Origin: a virus
Strand: one strand, 5' to 3'
DNA length: 64,000 nucleotides
Virus record (IMG/VR): IMGVR_UViG_3300031521_000033
Span: 1 to 64,000 of that record
A program made the translations under genes and the position numbers. The notes beneath the pieces were generated by a model. It had not been told where the DNA came from. It saw only the letters and a list, made by a program, of their open reading frames with translations, and did not search any database. This document shows, in pieces, positions 54,059 to 64,000 of this stretch (the stretch's first letter is position 1; every line of letters begins with the position of its first letter).

Positions 54059-55687
54059 TCACCTAAAATCGTCAAATAATATTGGAATACTTTCTTGGCA
54101 TTGCCCTAACAGATCCTTTGCAATAATCTGCATATCTGGATGTGCATGCGAATCGGTTCTTAGTTTAAAGAAATGTTGCCACTCTCTTACATTGCCTGTT
54201 ACAAATATTTCCGTTGCTAAACATGTTGGTAATACTGATCTTGCAATATCTGTACTCATTCCGCTTTCCAATAATTCCATATATGCATTTTCTGACTGTC
54301 TCATTGCAAATTCCCATGCTTTATTTGCAAGATACAAGTTTAAATCCTGTGCTACATCTGAATCTTCTGGTGACTTTAATCCTGATGGTTTAATAACTGT
54401 AATCTCACTTCCAAATTTACCTTTTGAATAATTACAATATCTTGTGCTGCTCTGTGCAAATGAGAATAGTCTGTGCCTTACAATTTCATGTGAAATGCCA
54501 CGATCACACACAATATCTGCTGAAAATACGGCATGTTCAATCATTGCACAATTTCCGCATAAAGATGGTATTTTGTTTTTACCCCTAACAATAATTATAC
54601 CAGTGGATACTTGTACACAATAAACTGGCAGGTTATCTACATTAATTATTACTACTTTACTATCTGGTTTCCGCGTGTCATTTACAATTATAGAATTATT
54701 GGCTTTTATTCTTACTCTATAAAGTGGTTTCCAATGAATATTGTCTAGTTTAGTCACATCCCCTATATATAAAGTATATCCTGCTAAACTACCATGATTA
54801 ACTAACCACTCAGCAACATAAGAAGAAGTTGTTCCTATATTTTTGCTCCAATTAGACTTGTTACCATCAGCATTGAATAATCCCTTAATGATCGATTTAA
54901 TTTTAATTGGGTCCTCCATATGTGGTAAGAATTTCTCTTTATCCCTTACATACCTACTATTAAATTCATTACCAATATTTTTCATAGTCAAAGTTATTCT
55001 GTTACCTTTTTTAATGCTATAGATAATTCCTAAATTGGTGGCTAAATTAATCAGATAATCTATTTTACGTTTCTTTTTTAAATGAAATTCTAATCTATTC
55101 CCATTCAGACGACTACCGTCTCCTATCCAAAATCCCACTAATTCCCACCAACAATCTATATCTTCCGGTATTCTACAGGCTGTAGGTGTATAGAACTTTC
55201 GTTCACCATTCGTTAATTTATTCCCATTATCTTGTTTATATTCAATCTCATCATTTTTAAATAATTTGTAGTTATAATTTGTTGCGTCACTAGAGATACT
55301 TCTAACTGTTCCAAACATATTATGACCTGCTGTTGTCATATAACCCAATGAACCAGAATAGTCATACATCTTACCAGTATAATTGTAACCTATCAGATTA
55401 TTTGGCATTTCAAACCCATTAAATGACCCATTTTGATTAACTGTTGCAACCTTATACTGTCCTTTATAGTCACTAAATTTAATAAATCCCTGCTCAGTCA
55501 GTATCTCTGTATCTCCATCATAACAGTGTCCGCTTTTAATTAATCCTCTGACCATCTTTTCAGCACTGCCCTCTTGAATCTTATCTTCTGATTTATAACA
55601 AAGTCTTGCTGCACGTTCAATCTTTTCTAACATTTCCTTACCACTCATATCCAGTAATAACTTTGCTGACGGTTCAATAATATTCAT
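54059..55687 (-). CDS. thyX: Flavin-dependent thymidylate synthase, intein-containing
   Basis: ARLCYKS, GH|..MIEH, RGISHEIVRHRLFSFAQSSTRY, ARSVLP, NVREWQHFFKLR, AHPDMQ. Confidence 0.95.
   Translation of the reverse strand: MNIIEPSAKLLLDMSGKEMLEKIERAARLCYKSEDKIQEGSAEKMVRGLIKSGHCYDGDTEILTEQGFIKFSDYKGQYKVATVNQNGSFNGFEMPNNLIGYNYTGKMYDYSGSLGYMTTAGHNMFGTVRSISSDATNYNYKLFKNDEIEYKQDNGNKLTNGERKFYTPTACRIPEDIDCWWELVGFWIGDGSRLNGNRLEFHLKKKRKIDYLINLATNLGIIYSIKKGNRITLTMKNIGNEFNSRYVRDKEKFLPHMEDPIKIKSIIKGLFNADGNKSNWSKNIGTTSSYVAEWLVNHGSLAGYTLYIGDVTKLDNIHWKPLYRVRIKANNSIIVNDTRKPDSKVVIINVDNLPVYCVQVSTGIIIVRGKNKIPSLCGNCAMIEHAVFSADIVCDRGISHEIVRHRLFSFAQSSTRYCNYSKGKFGSEITVIKPSGLKSPEDSDVAQDLNLYLANKAWEFAMRQSENAYMELLESGMSTDIARSVLPTCLATEIFVTGNVREWQHFFKLRTDSHAHPDMQIIAKDLLGQCQESIPILFDDFR
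54551..55525 (-). mobile_element. Intein (325 aa) with LAGLIDADG-type motifs in ThyX
   Basis: GH|CYDGDTEILT ... TAGH ... LVGFWIGDGS ... GLFNADG ... VYCVQV ... LCGN|C. Confidence 0.92.
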
Positions 55688-56237
55688 TAATCGATACTCC
55701 CTACTAATCTATATTTTAATCTTGCATAATTATGGATGATAAAAGAATTATACATTATCATTTCTATCGACATTATTTTGCCACCTCTAAATATTTAATT
55801 CCTATATTCTTTCCTCTTTTTATATACATCCATACACCTGTAATTGATCCCTCATCTATTACTGCCCTTTTTAGCATATGTTGTAGATCTGGTAAAGCCA
55901 TGCTATATTCTAGGTTATTAGTATCAGTTAGTAAAGCAGTTTCTGGTGTACACCCCCTTGCGATCCATTTAATCTTCATTGTGTCTTCCCATAGTTTATT
56001 TTCTTTATACACAGGTAATACTTGATAATCACATTCTGTATAATCTTCAAAACACTTATTGCCCCATTTACCATCTGTTGCTCTTATATACCATAATACC
56101 TTTTTATCTGCTGTCAGTGTTTGGTTTAATACCATTTTCGTTCCCCCCTCATCTATAATATCAGTATACCACCGTCTGCAATATATGTCAATATATAAAA
56201 ATAAAAAGATGAAGAAATTAATCCCCATCTTTTAAAT

Positions 56238-56435
56238 TTATCTTACATATAATCCGCATCTGCATGCTTGCAATTCCCTCATATATCTACAAGGGCAAAT
56301 AGTATCTTCATTCCTATTTGGCAAGCAGGGACAAAATCCATCATTCTTATTTAATTTGTCAATGATCACTTGCACATGATTAATATCTGGATTTGTTTTC
56401 ATATTATATTTAGTTGCAATTGTTTCTAACGTCAA
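56238..56435 (-). CDS. Ferredoxin-thioredoxin reductase catalytic-subunit-like protein
   Basis: CPC..CPC..CRCGLY triple motif (canonical CPC/CPC/CHC). Confidence 0.8.
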   Translation of the reverse strand: MTLETIATKYNMKTNPDINHVQVIIDKLNKNDGFCPCLPNRNEDTICPCRYMRELQACRCGLYVR

Positions 56436-58228
56436 ATATAAAACCTTCTCTCAGCCTCACGCTGTCTCGCTTCACTGAAATTCTTGATTCGTTTCAAATA
56501 CCCAATTACACGTGTTGCATAATCAATATCATCACTACCACATTTTATGCAGTATTTTTCAGTATTTGAATCAATATAACCACATTTGTTACATACACTA
56601 AATTTAACATTTATGGTCCAATATGGTACGCCATTAACTCGGCATAGTTCAAATAGATCTTTTGCTTGCTTATATGAAATTGTCTGACCTAATGCTAAAT
56701 GTAATGCTGATCCACCATCCAAGTATTGTGTAATCTCATTACCATGTAATTTAATCTTATCTAATATACTGGTATTTTCATCCTCTGATAAATAGAAGTA
56801 TGAATTATAACAATCTCTATTTACCTTTAATCCATCTGCTTTATCCCAATTTGCATTTTTAACCCCTAATGCTTCTGCCGGAACTTGTTCACAATTGAAT
56901 CTACACCCCGTTTCTTCCAGTGCTTTCTTATTATTCATTGACAATTGGTTTAAAACCTTACCTGCCCAAGTTTTGTATGTATCATTGTTTGATATTGTCA
57001 TTCCTAAGTATTCAGCCGCCTCAACAAATCCATTAATACCAATTGTCAAAAACTGCTTGTCAATATCCATAAATCCTGCCGTAAATGATGGTAACAATCC
57101 ATTTTTAATATATTCTACATATAATGCTTTATGTGCTAATAAATACTTATGCACACGGCTCTGAATTTCATCTAAGTCAACATTTGTCTGAACAATCCTA
57201 TTCATATTTAATGTAATTACCTGTGCTGAACCCGTTACAACACCACCTGCACCTAATGTATAACTAAACGTATTATCTGCTAATTTGTTCTGTAATCGGC
57301 AGCATGAACTCAAGCTATCAACACTATCTGACATATATACAAAGAATGAATTTCCTAGGCTCATTTCACTACTGCAAAATTCCATAAACTTTGTATCAAC
57401 AAATCCTGAATCACTAGTTAACATACTAGCTGTAACTACTGGAAATGTCAATAGTTCTTTTTCGCGCTCATGCCTAAACCAGCTCATGAATACCTCTTGT
57501 AGGTCTCTTGTACTTTCTAAATTTACGGTTGTTCCATCTGGATAAAAGAATCCTTTAAACATTTCTGCCATATATGGTTTATCAAATATTGATATGTTCC
57601 AGAAGCAAGATTGATTACCTCTTGCACTTGCGGGCTGATTTAACGCGTACACCACGCCCTGTAACTCTTGAATTACTTCGCTACGGTGCTCTGTTAGATA
57701 CCGTTCCCCATATTCCTTACGTGCAAAATAATCAAAGTAATGTAAAAATTCTACTGTTGCAATTGCTCCGGCATAATCTGATGTTACTTGATAAATAAGA
57801 TTTACAAATGATCCGCAAAAACTTTGTAAATTTTTTGGTGCTTTTGATACTCCACCAAGACATTTTGTTCCTTCTAATAAAAATGGATATAATGTAATTG
57901 AGGCACAATATGGTCTTAATGAACTTGCATCATGCGCATAAATTACATGTGATTCTAAATCTTTTATATACTGATTTGCCAATTCAGTCCCATACATTTC
58001 TGATATCTTATCACACACAAGTCTCATATTAACCTGTGTCATATCAACTTTATACAATTCTGATTCAATTGTTGCAATGGTCTTATTAATTATATTAGAA
58101 TTAGCATCAATCTCACTACCTGTTGCAGCATTTGTAGCCTTAATATAGCTTGAAATGAATTGACACTTTTCATTAATTTGCTTATCTGTTAATTTATACA
58201 ATTTATCCCCTAACCCCTCTGTAAACAC
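56432..58228 (-). CDS. nrdD: Anaerobic (class III) ribonucleotide reductase
   Basis: YAHD, SSCCRL, EQVPAE, C..CG...C..CGS, glycyl radical loop TRVIGYL. Confidence 0.95.
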   Translation of the reverse strand: MFTEGLGDKLYKLTDKQINEKCQFISSYIKATNAATGSEIDANSNIINKTIATIESELYKVDMTQVNMRLVCDKISEMYGTELANQYIKDLESHVIYAHDASSLRPYCASITLYPFLLEGTKCLGGVSKAPKNLQSFCGSFVNLIYQVTSDYAGAIATVEFLHYFDYFARKEYGERYLTEHRSEVIQELQGVVYALNQPASARGNQSCFWNISIFDKPYMAEMFKGFFYPDGTTVNLESTRDLQEVFMSWFRHEREKELLTFPVVTASMLTSDSGFVDTKFMEFCSSEMSLGNSFFVYMSDSVDSLSSCCRLQNKLADNTFSYTLGAGGVVTGSAQVITLNMNRIVQTNVDLDEIQSRVHKYLLAHKALYVEYIKNGLLPSFTAGFMDIDKQFLTIGINGFVEAAEYLGMTISNNDTYKTWAGKVLNQLSMNNKKALEETGCRFNCEQVPAEALGVKNANWDKADGLKVNRDCYNSYFYLSEDENTSILDKIKLHGNEITQYLDGGSALHLALGQTISYKQAKDLFELCRVNGVPYWTINVKFSVCNKCGYIDSNTEKYCIKCGSDDIDYATRVIGYLKRIKNFSEARQREAERRFYI

Positions 58229-58698
58229 CCTGTAATATCTTCAAGTTTACCTTCTGTAATTTTATATAGTATCTGATTTGTACCTTTTGTTGCAAGACCA
58301 CCTATATCCTCTTTATAACTTCCAATTTTCAGATAATCTAAGTATGGTATATACATTTTGTGATCTTCTAATTTGTCTAATCCACTGTATAGCCCAACAC
58401 AACAACATGTTTCTTTTACACTTTTTAATAACGCAACTAAAGTTGTTTCTGTAATTCCACCATTATTTGTACCACCCATAATAATAACTGCATTAGCACC
58501 TTTATATATTTCGTTATGGACCGTATATACTATGCTTTGTAAACTTGTTTTATCCGCCACACCACACCTTAAATGGTCTGAATGACATCCTTTACAGTTA
58601 TTATAACATTGTCCCATCTCAATAAATAGTGAAATTTTGTCCGGTAATTCTGTCAGTGTTACTCCCGTTGTCACAACCGGATATGTATAATTAATCAT
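58210..58698 (-). CDS. nrdG: Class III RNR activase (radical SAM)
   Basis: CYNNCKGCHS, MGG, YLKIGSY...TNQ. Confidence 0.92.
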   Translation of the reverse strand: MINYTYPVVTTGVTLTELPDKISLFIEMGQCYNNCKGCHSDHLRCGVADKTSLQSIVYTVHNEIYKGANAVIIMGGTNNGGITETTLVALLKSVKETCCCVGLYSGLDKLEDHKMYIPYLDYLKIGSYKEDIGGLATKGTNQILYKITEGKLEDITGCLQRG

Positions 58699-59058
58699 AC
58701 CCTTAATATCTTTCCATAATCTTTACATAATGCACATTGACTTATATTCTTATGAAATTCTTTCTTGCACGGTAATGAATCCAATAAGCATTCTCTACTT
58801 TTGCATTCTCTAATATACTCATAGCTAAACTTCAAACTTTCTTTATCAATTTTATACGATTCCGCTTTTGCATTATTTTTCATTTCAATACAAATATAAT
58901 TTGACTTTGGATTATTGCCTTTAATAATCTCATTTACTGAATTATCTACATCAATTAATTCTAATTCAACTAATTTTGTAAATACTTTTGGTACTTCTTT
59001 TTCATAACTGAATACATAACACATTTTACCTGTGTTTATATTTTTATATATTTCCATG

Positions 59059-59370
59059 TTATTCCTTTCTGTTAATGCTTGCTTCTTCACTAAATCCATC
59101 TGGGTAACGTTTTTTTAATTTATCAATATTTATCTGAGCAATCTCATTAAAGTCAATCCCTAATATTTCACATGTTAGTGCGGCATACCAGCAACAATCA
59201 CCAATTTCTTTCTTGATTGCATCTACATCTAATTTATGTCCGTGATATAAATGCTTTTTAATTATATCTGCAACTTCTCCTGCTTCCCCCGTTAAGCCTA
59301 AACCTGCGCATGCAAGATCTGCTTTACCTGCTGTTCTCATTGCTAATTTTTGATATTCGTTAAAATCCAT
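59059..59370 (-). CDS. MazG-like nucleotide pyrophosphohydrolase
   Basis: GLTGEAGEVADIIKK...KEIGDCCWY...NIDKLKKRYPDGF. Confidence 0.92.
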   Translation of the reverse strand: MDFNEYQKLAMRTAGKADLACAGLGLTGEAGEVADIIKKHLYHGHKLDVDAIKKEIGDCCWYAALTCEILGIDFNEIAQINIDKLKKRYPDGFSEEASINRKE

Positions 59371-59585
59371 ATACTATTTTACCACCCTCGCTGAGTCCAT
59401 TTTGTTTGCATACTGTTTCAATATTTCTTTTGCATTATCTCCGGCAGTCAACCCCATAATCTTAATTCTGCCAGTCTGTCTATTTTCTCTAATATATGGG
59501 TTTGTAAAGTATACTGTCCGGTCTGAAATAAACACCCTGTTGTTTGTTTCACTGTCAAATACTTCATCTTCACCAATAATAACCA

Positions 59586-60005
59586 TTAAAATTCCTCATT
59601 TCTTTTCATTTCTGATAATGCAACTTCTTTGGACTTCTTTGTTGATCTCTTTACTACATTATTATCAATTTTCATATCCTCAAATGCAACTGCTCTCCAA
59701 CCATGTAATATTGCCTTATTTACTTGTAATACCATTTGTTCCTCTGTTGGTAACTTCTTTAATAGATCTAAATTCTTCTGCCATGATATCTTACTTGGCA
59801 TGTTACGTTGTTCTTTTCTGTTTTTCAAATATTCATCTAATGCTGATTGAAGAGCTAAACTTTCTGGAAATGCTACTTGATTCATATCATATAATGATAA
59901 AACCTTATAATACTTTTTTATATTGGCTTCCTTACCAAATAGTGCCATATATTGTTGTACCTCCTCTGTATATATAATTATACCACAATATCTTGTATTT
60001 GTCAA
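59586..60005 (-). CDS. Replication initiator C-terminal-like protein
   Basis: EYLKNRK...L.LLKKL...VNKAILHGWRAV resembles C-termini of phage replisome organisers. Confidence 0.45.
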   Translation of the reverse strand: MTNTRYCGIIIYTEEVQQYMALFGKEANIKKYYKVLSLYDMNQVAFPESLALQSALDEYLKNRKEQRNMPSKISWQKNLDLLKKLPTEEQMVLQVNKAILHGWRAVAFEDMKIDNNVVKRSTKKSKEVALSEMKRNEEF

Positions 60006-61166
60006 GATAAAATTTTATACGATTTACTCCTAATTCCATCTAATTCCAAATTAATATTATTTAATTCTGATTGTAGAGTTTGAATTTTATCCATTACTGC
60101 CATTTGGTTTGATTTTACACAATCATAATTGCTTAATATATCCTTTAGATAAAGTATTTCAATATCTTCTTTTGGTTTAAGTGGAACTACTACAACCCAC
60201 TCAGCACAAAAAGTATATGAATCCACCGACAAAAACCTATCCGTTGCTTTCAAACTAAATCTTTTCAGACCATTTGTGTGCCAAACTTCATCTATTTTAA
60301 AGGTATGTCCGCAATATTCAAACATTTCATCTATCCATTTTAAGGCCAATGGATCATCATCATTGTCTTCCACTATTTCTGCCATTAACGATCTTGATTT
60401 AACAATTACATAATCTCCCACTTCATACATTATTTTTCATCCCCAATTGGTACATAATCAATCACGGTAATTGTTTTCTTAGTTTCAACTTTTTTAATTT
60501 CAATCGGCTGATCACAATAAAATGATTCACATTGTTCTGTTAATCCTTGACTCCATATCAAACTAAATAATCTTCCATCACATTCAATAATTGATTCCAC
60601 ATCTTGTGTCCATCTGTGTTGCTCACCATCAATATCCTCCATTGAATAACTTTGAAAATCCTCTAGTTCATTATCTGTTAAATCAACTCCACTGTCTATT
60701 TTTTTAATATAACCATCTAATTCTTTAAAATCACTCACTTTTCTGCCTCTCCTTCTGGTGGATTATTTACCATTTCAACTGCATCATTCACCTGTTCATC
60801 AACTGTAAGATTTGTTCTTTCCCACAGTTTTGCTTTTTCCTCTTCTACATTATCCTTTGCGGTGAGGCTTATTTCTTCCTGTGCTTCAAATGTAAACCAT
60901 TTCTTGCCAATTTCTAAACTCATACGGCTGCATGCTCGTAATAATGTTGTTTTTGCCATTTTAATATTCCCCCTCTCTTTCTATTAATTCAAACTGATTT
61001 AATGATTCCTGAAAATAATATTCTTCATTTTCAACTAAAAGTTCTAAATTGCCGCCGGGATAACTTTTAATATCAACTACTGTAAGAACTTCATCCTTTA
61101 AATCATCATATTCATAATCATCTTTATCAATAAATTTTACTTTATCTCCTGTACTAAATTCCATAT

Positions 61167-61790
61167 TTATTCCCCTCTTCTTATAATTGCTTTTGTTGTA
61201 TGATTAACTTTTCTGAATAAATTTGGGGGCAAATCCCCCCTCCTAATTCTTGCATGTAGCACATTCACAGCTATTCCCAAATATCTTGCCCATTCCGCGA
61301 TAGTTAAATGTAATCCATTAAAATCAATATATATGTTAGTTCTTCGGTTATTTGCCTGTTCTTTTGGGGTTGCCCACTTGCAATTTTCCGGTGAATAATC
61401 ACCATTTACATCTATTCTATCAATAGAATATTTTTTTGACGGTTTACTCCCTAAATCAGTATAGAAGTTCTCAAATGAATGTAGCCACCTGTCACATACT
61501 TTTATTCCTCTACCCCCATAGCTATTATACGATGGGTTATTTTTGTTACTGCACCTATCCTTTAATCCCTGCCATGTTTTATATTCTGGTGTTTTCCGCA
61601 TACCATGCTTATACCCTGTCATTCTCCCTAGGCAACCACATGACTTTGTGTGCTTCGATATTAAACTAGTTCCACGCACACTCTTAATACTTCCACATGA
61701 GCACCTACATACCCAATGGTATAGTCTATCATTATCAATATGCTGTACGGTTAATTCACCAAAAACCATATTACTTAAATCTTGTCCCAA
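61167..61790 (-). CDS. HNH homing endonuclease (likely TTG start at 61790)
   Basis: WVCRCSCG, TKSCGC, YGGRGIKVCDRW, SIDRIDVNGDYSPENCKWAT..QANN. Confidence 0.9.
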   Translation of the reverse strand: MGQDLSNMVFGELTVQHIDNDRLYHWVCRCSCGSIKSVRGTSLISKHTKSCGCLGRMTGYKHGMRKTPEYKTWQGLKDRCSNKNNPSYNSYGGRGIKVCDRWLHSFENFYTDLGSKPSKKYSIDRIDVNGDYSPENCKWATPKEQANNRRTNIYIDFNGLHLTIAEWARYLGIAVNVLHARIRRGDLPPNLFRKVNHTTKAIIRRGE

Positions 61791-61800
61791 TATTATCCCC

Positions 61801-62358
61801 CTATTGTAAAATATACACTGTCTTATGCTGAATACCCCGTGAAAATGCCTCCTCGGTTGTTCCAACTAATACATCAATTTTATCATCATTTATATAATTA
61901 CCCCTATCCTGAACAATAAAAATATGCCCATCAATCCTAACTTTAGTCCCGAATGGAATGTTATTGCCCATTGCTACCGTTGTCCCGACAGTAGCAATTT
62001 CTCCACTTGCGGTAACCCCCCTGCTGTTCCCACATTCTTCTGTGGATGCGGTATAGTATGATACCAACATTTCCCTTCTATCCCACGTTTGATTACTATC
62101 CATTTCCAATTTTCCTCTGCTGACTTCATCCAATCTTTCCTTTGTTGTAATAATTTCATTATTTAATTCCATATATTTATTATAAACTTCTTTACCATTA
62201 TTGTCAAGTTCTTTTTGGTCCTTATATATGCACTCAATCGTCTCAGATTGCGTTTTAAGCACTATTTCTACATGTAACATATAAGTAACCATACCAGTCA
62301 ATAAAATACCCACTACAAGCGTTGTGATAAATAAATATAATCTATTCATCTGTGTCAT
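61801..62358 (-). CDS. Membrane-anchored 3D-domain (MltA-type) cell-wall protein
   Basis: TM helix + coiled coil + SYYT..TASG..IPFGTKV..VQDRG..IDVL. Confidence 0.85.
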   Translation of the reverse strand: MTQMNRLYLFITTLVVGILLTGMVTYMLHVEIVLKTQSETIECIYKDQKELDNNGKEVYNKYMELNNEIITTKERLDEVSRGKLEMDSNQTWDRREMLVSYYTASTEECGNSRGVTASGEIATVGTTVAMGNNIPFGTKVRIDGHIFIVQDRGNYINDDKIDVLVGTTEEAFSRGIQHKTVYILQ

Positions 62359-62571
62359 TCACATTCCTCATTTCTTTTAATATTAATTATTTATACTTCG
62401 TAAGCATATATTCCGGGTAAAGTGGTGGTCTATAGTTTGCAATACCGTACATAAAAAGCTGTGAATCTTCATCATAATATACATCTGTAACTGTTGCACC
62501 AATTATTTCACCTGTAATATCTTTGACATTTACATGGCTCCCAATATCAAACTTTGATTCTTTTACAATTT

Positions 62572-62934
62572 TCATTTTAACAACTCCTTCCTAATTTTCG
62601 TCCAGTTTAATTCTGTGTTTCCCTTATCGTCAATGTACATATCTGCATATGGTTTTGGACTAGTTGATGAATCTGGATGGGCCTTTAACCACTCTTTTAA
62701 ATGATCGGGATCATTTCTATTCACAGCATCAAATTGTAGGCCGTGTTCATAACAAAAGTTTATTGCATCTAGTAAATATTGGTCTGTTCTGCAAGTCCAT
62801 AATATAACCTTACCGCCGTTCTTCCTAAATTTTATCATGGTGTATAATGCTACATAATTCGGTGTTCCAATTTCCGGGAATGTCTCTTCACATAAAGTGC
62901 CATCAAAGTCTACTGCTACAATCTTATATTTCAT
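62572..62934 (-). CDS. HAD-family hydrolase/phosphatase
   Basis: AVDFDGTL, LWTCR, KPYADMYIDDK. Confidence 0.88.
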   Translation of the reverse strand: MKYKIVAVDFDGTLCEETFPEIGTPNYVALYTMIKFRKNGGKVILWTCRTDQYLLDAINFCYEHGLQFDAVNRNDPDHLKEWLKAHPDSSTSPKPYADMYIDDKGNTELNWTKIRKELLK

Positions 62935-63434
62935 TTTTATTATTCTCCTTTTATTTGTCTATAACTTCTTTAAATATTTTAAGATCCTCTATTTTTAGGC
63001 GCGTCCGAGATTTCCGTCTTGATTCTTTCTTTGTTTTGCTATCATAAGCCTCAAGAAAGCATGTACAATTTCTTACCCCACATTTTACATAGTCATAACT
63101 ATTATATCTATGAAATAAATCCATATTATTACTCCTTTACTTATCTTAATGTTGGATTTGGATAATTATTAAAATATTTAATCCCCTTTGCAAGACCTTT
63201 ATCGACCATTTTTATTAGCAATTCCTCTGGAATACCTAAATTGTACATTGCCTCCTGTAATATATGATATTTTGATTGACTGTCAAGCATCTGATTCTTA
63301 TAATAAATCTCTTTTGAGTCATTAATTCCCTTAAAGTTGTATCTTACCAACTGGTATAATTTAAATTTTGCCGTCTCTTGTATAAGCATATTTTCTAATA
63401 TTTTCCTATCTGACCTATTCATTATTTTATCCCC

Positions 63435-64000
63435 CTAACTTAATAAATATTTTAATACTTCTTTACTGTTTATATCATGTTCTTTATCAACTATTGTATC
63501 TGACATATATTTCTTCTTTAATACTAATTCTTGTATTCTCTCATCAATTGAATTTCTGCATACTAGTGAAATAATATAACAAGTTGATTTAGTTCCTATT
63601 CTATGTATTCTATCCGCTGCTTGACTATAACTTGCATATGTATATGGTAAATCTAAAAATATTATGGTGCTTGCTGCTGTCAATGTTAACCCAACTCCCA
63701 TACAATCGGTAGTTCCAATTAATACCTTACATTTTGAATCAGTCATAAACCGATTTTTTTGCTCCATTCTGTTTTTTACTTTACCCGTAATTACTGCGGG
63801 GTTCCATCTTTTAAATCGTCTTTCTGCAATATCTGTAATTGTGGTCCAGTTTGAAACAATAATTACTTTTTCACCATTTGCAACCAATTCTTCTATTATT
63901 TCCTCTGCTCTATCAAACTTTGGTGCTTCCTTAATTGTTGATGATAATATTGATGTATCTGCTGTAACCTGTCTTAATCTAATTAGCATTGTAAGTGGAT
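63435..64000 (-). CDS. SNF2-family helicase, C-terminal part (gene starts beyond the window)
   Basis: KVIIVS, GVGLTLTAA, QAADRIHRIG, SIDERI. Confidence 0.9.
   Translation of the reverse strand, partial: PLTMLIRLRQVTADTSILSSTIKEAPKFDRAEEIIEELVANGEKVIIVSNWTTITDIAERRFKRWNPAVITGKVKNRMEQKNRFMTDSKCKVLIGTTDCMGVGLTLTAASTIIFLDLPYTYASYSQAADRIHRIGTKSTCYIISLVCRNSIDERIQELVLKKKYMSDTIVDKEHDINSKEVLKYLLS

Noticed and set aside
24242-63047. Numerous plus-strand ORFs in the replication region (e.g. 27158, 29046, 38488, 43481, 55732, 59402)
   Set aside because: Antisense to coupled minus-strand genes with clear motifs and RBSs
1-64000. Stop-codon reassignment, DGR/retron or integration module
   Set aside because: Conserved genes are uninterrupted in the standard code; no reverse transcriptase, integrase or CI-like repressor was seen

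Overview
The whole window is AT-rich DNA from a large tailed dsDNA phage, probably infecting an anaerobic Bacillota host (class III RNR, sigma-A type promoters, strong Shine-Dalgarno sites). No integrase or repressor is visible. From left to right: (1) a minus-strand head/packaging module (scaffold, minor head, portal, TerL, TerS); (2) an RNA-gene island at 5.6-8.6 kb with two tRNAs, a tRNA remnant, a beta-helix-type protein, a ~600-nt structured RNA with its own promoter and terminator (ROOL/GOLLD-like candidate) and a second ~450-nt multi-hairpin non-coding transcript; (3) a plus-strand run of small accessory genes (8.9-17.8 kb) that includes a degenerate major-capsid-like gene far from the head genes; (4) a ~1.6-kb non-coding convergence zone with repeats; (5) early-type promoter/ORF/terminator cassettes (19.5-24.4 kb); (6) a long minus-strand replication, recombination and nucleotide-metabolism region. 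The last region encodes DnaX, HolA-like and DnaN clamp machinery, RecA, two resolvases, an intein-containing PolA, SSB, RNA ligase, primase, DnaB/DnaC, an intein-containing ThyX, NrdD/NrdG with an FTR-like protein, MazG, HNH, a 3D-domain protein, a HAD hydrolase and a SNF2 helicase. The best candidates for new biology are the ncRNA island, whose transcripts share a 5' leader, and the displaced capsid-like gene. All calls come from visual motif recognition; no database search was run.
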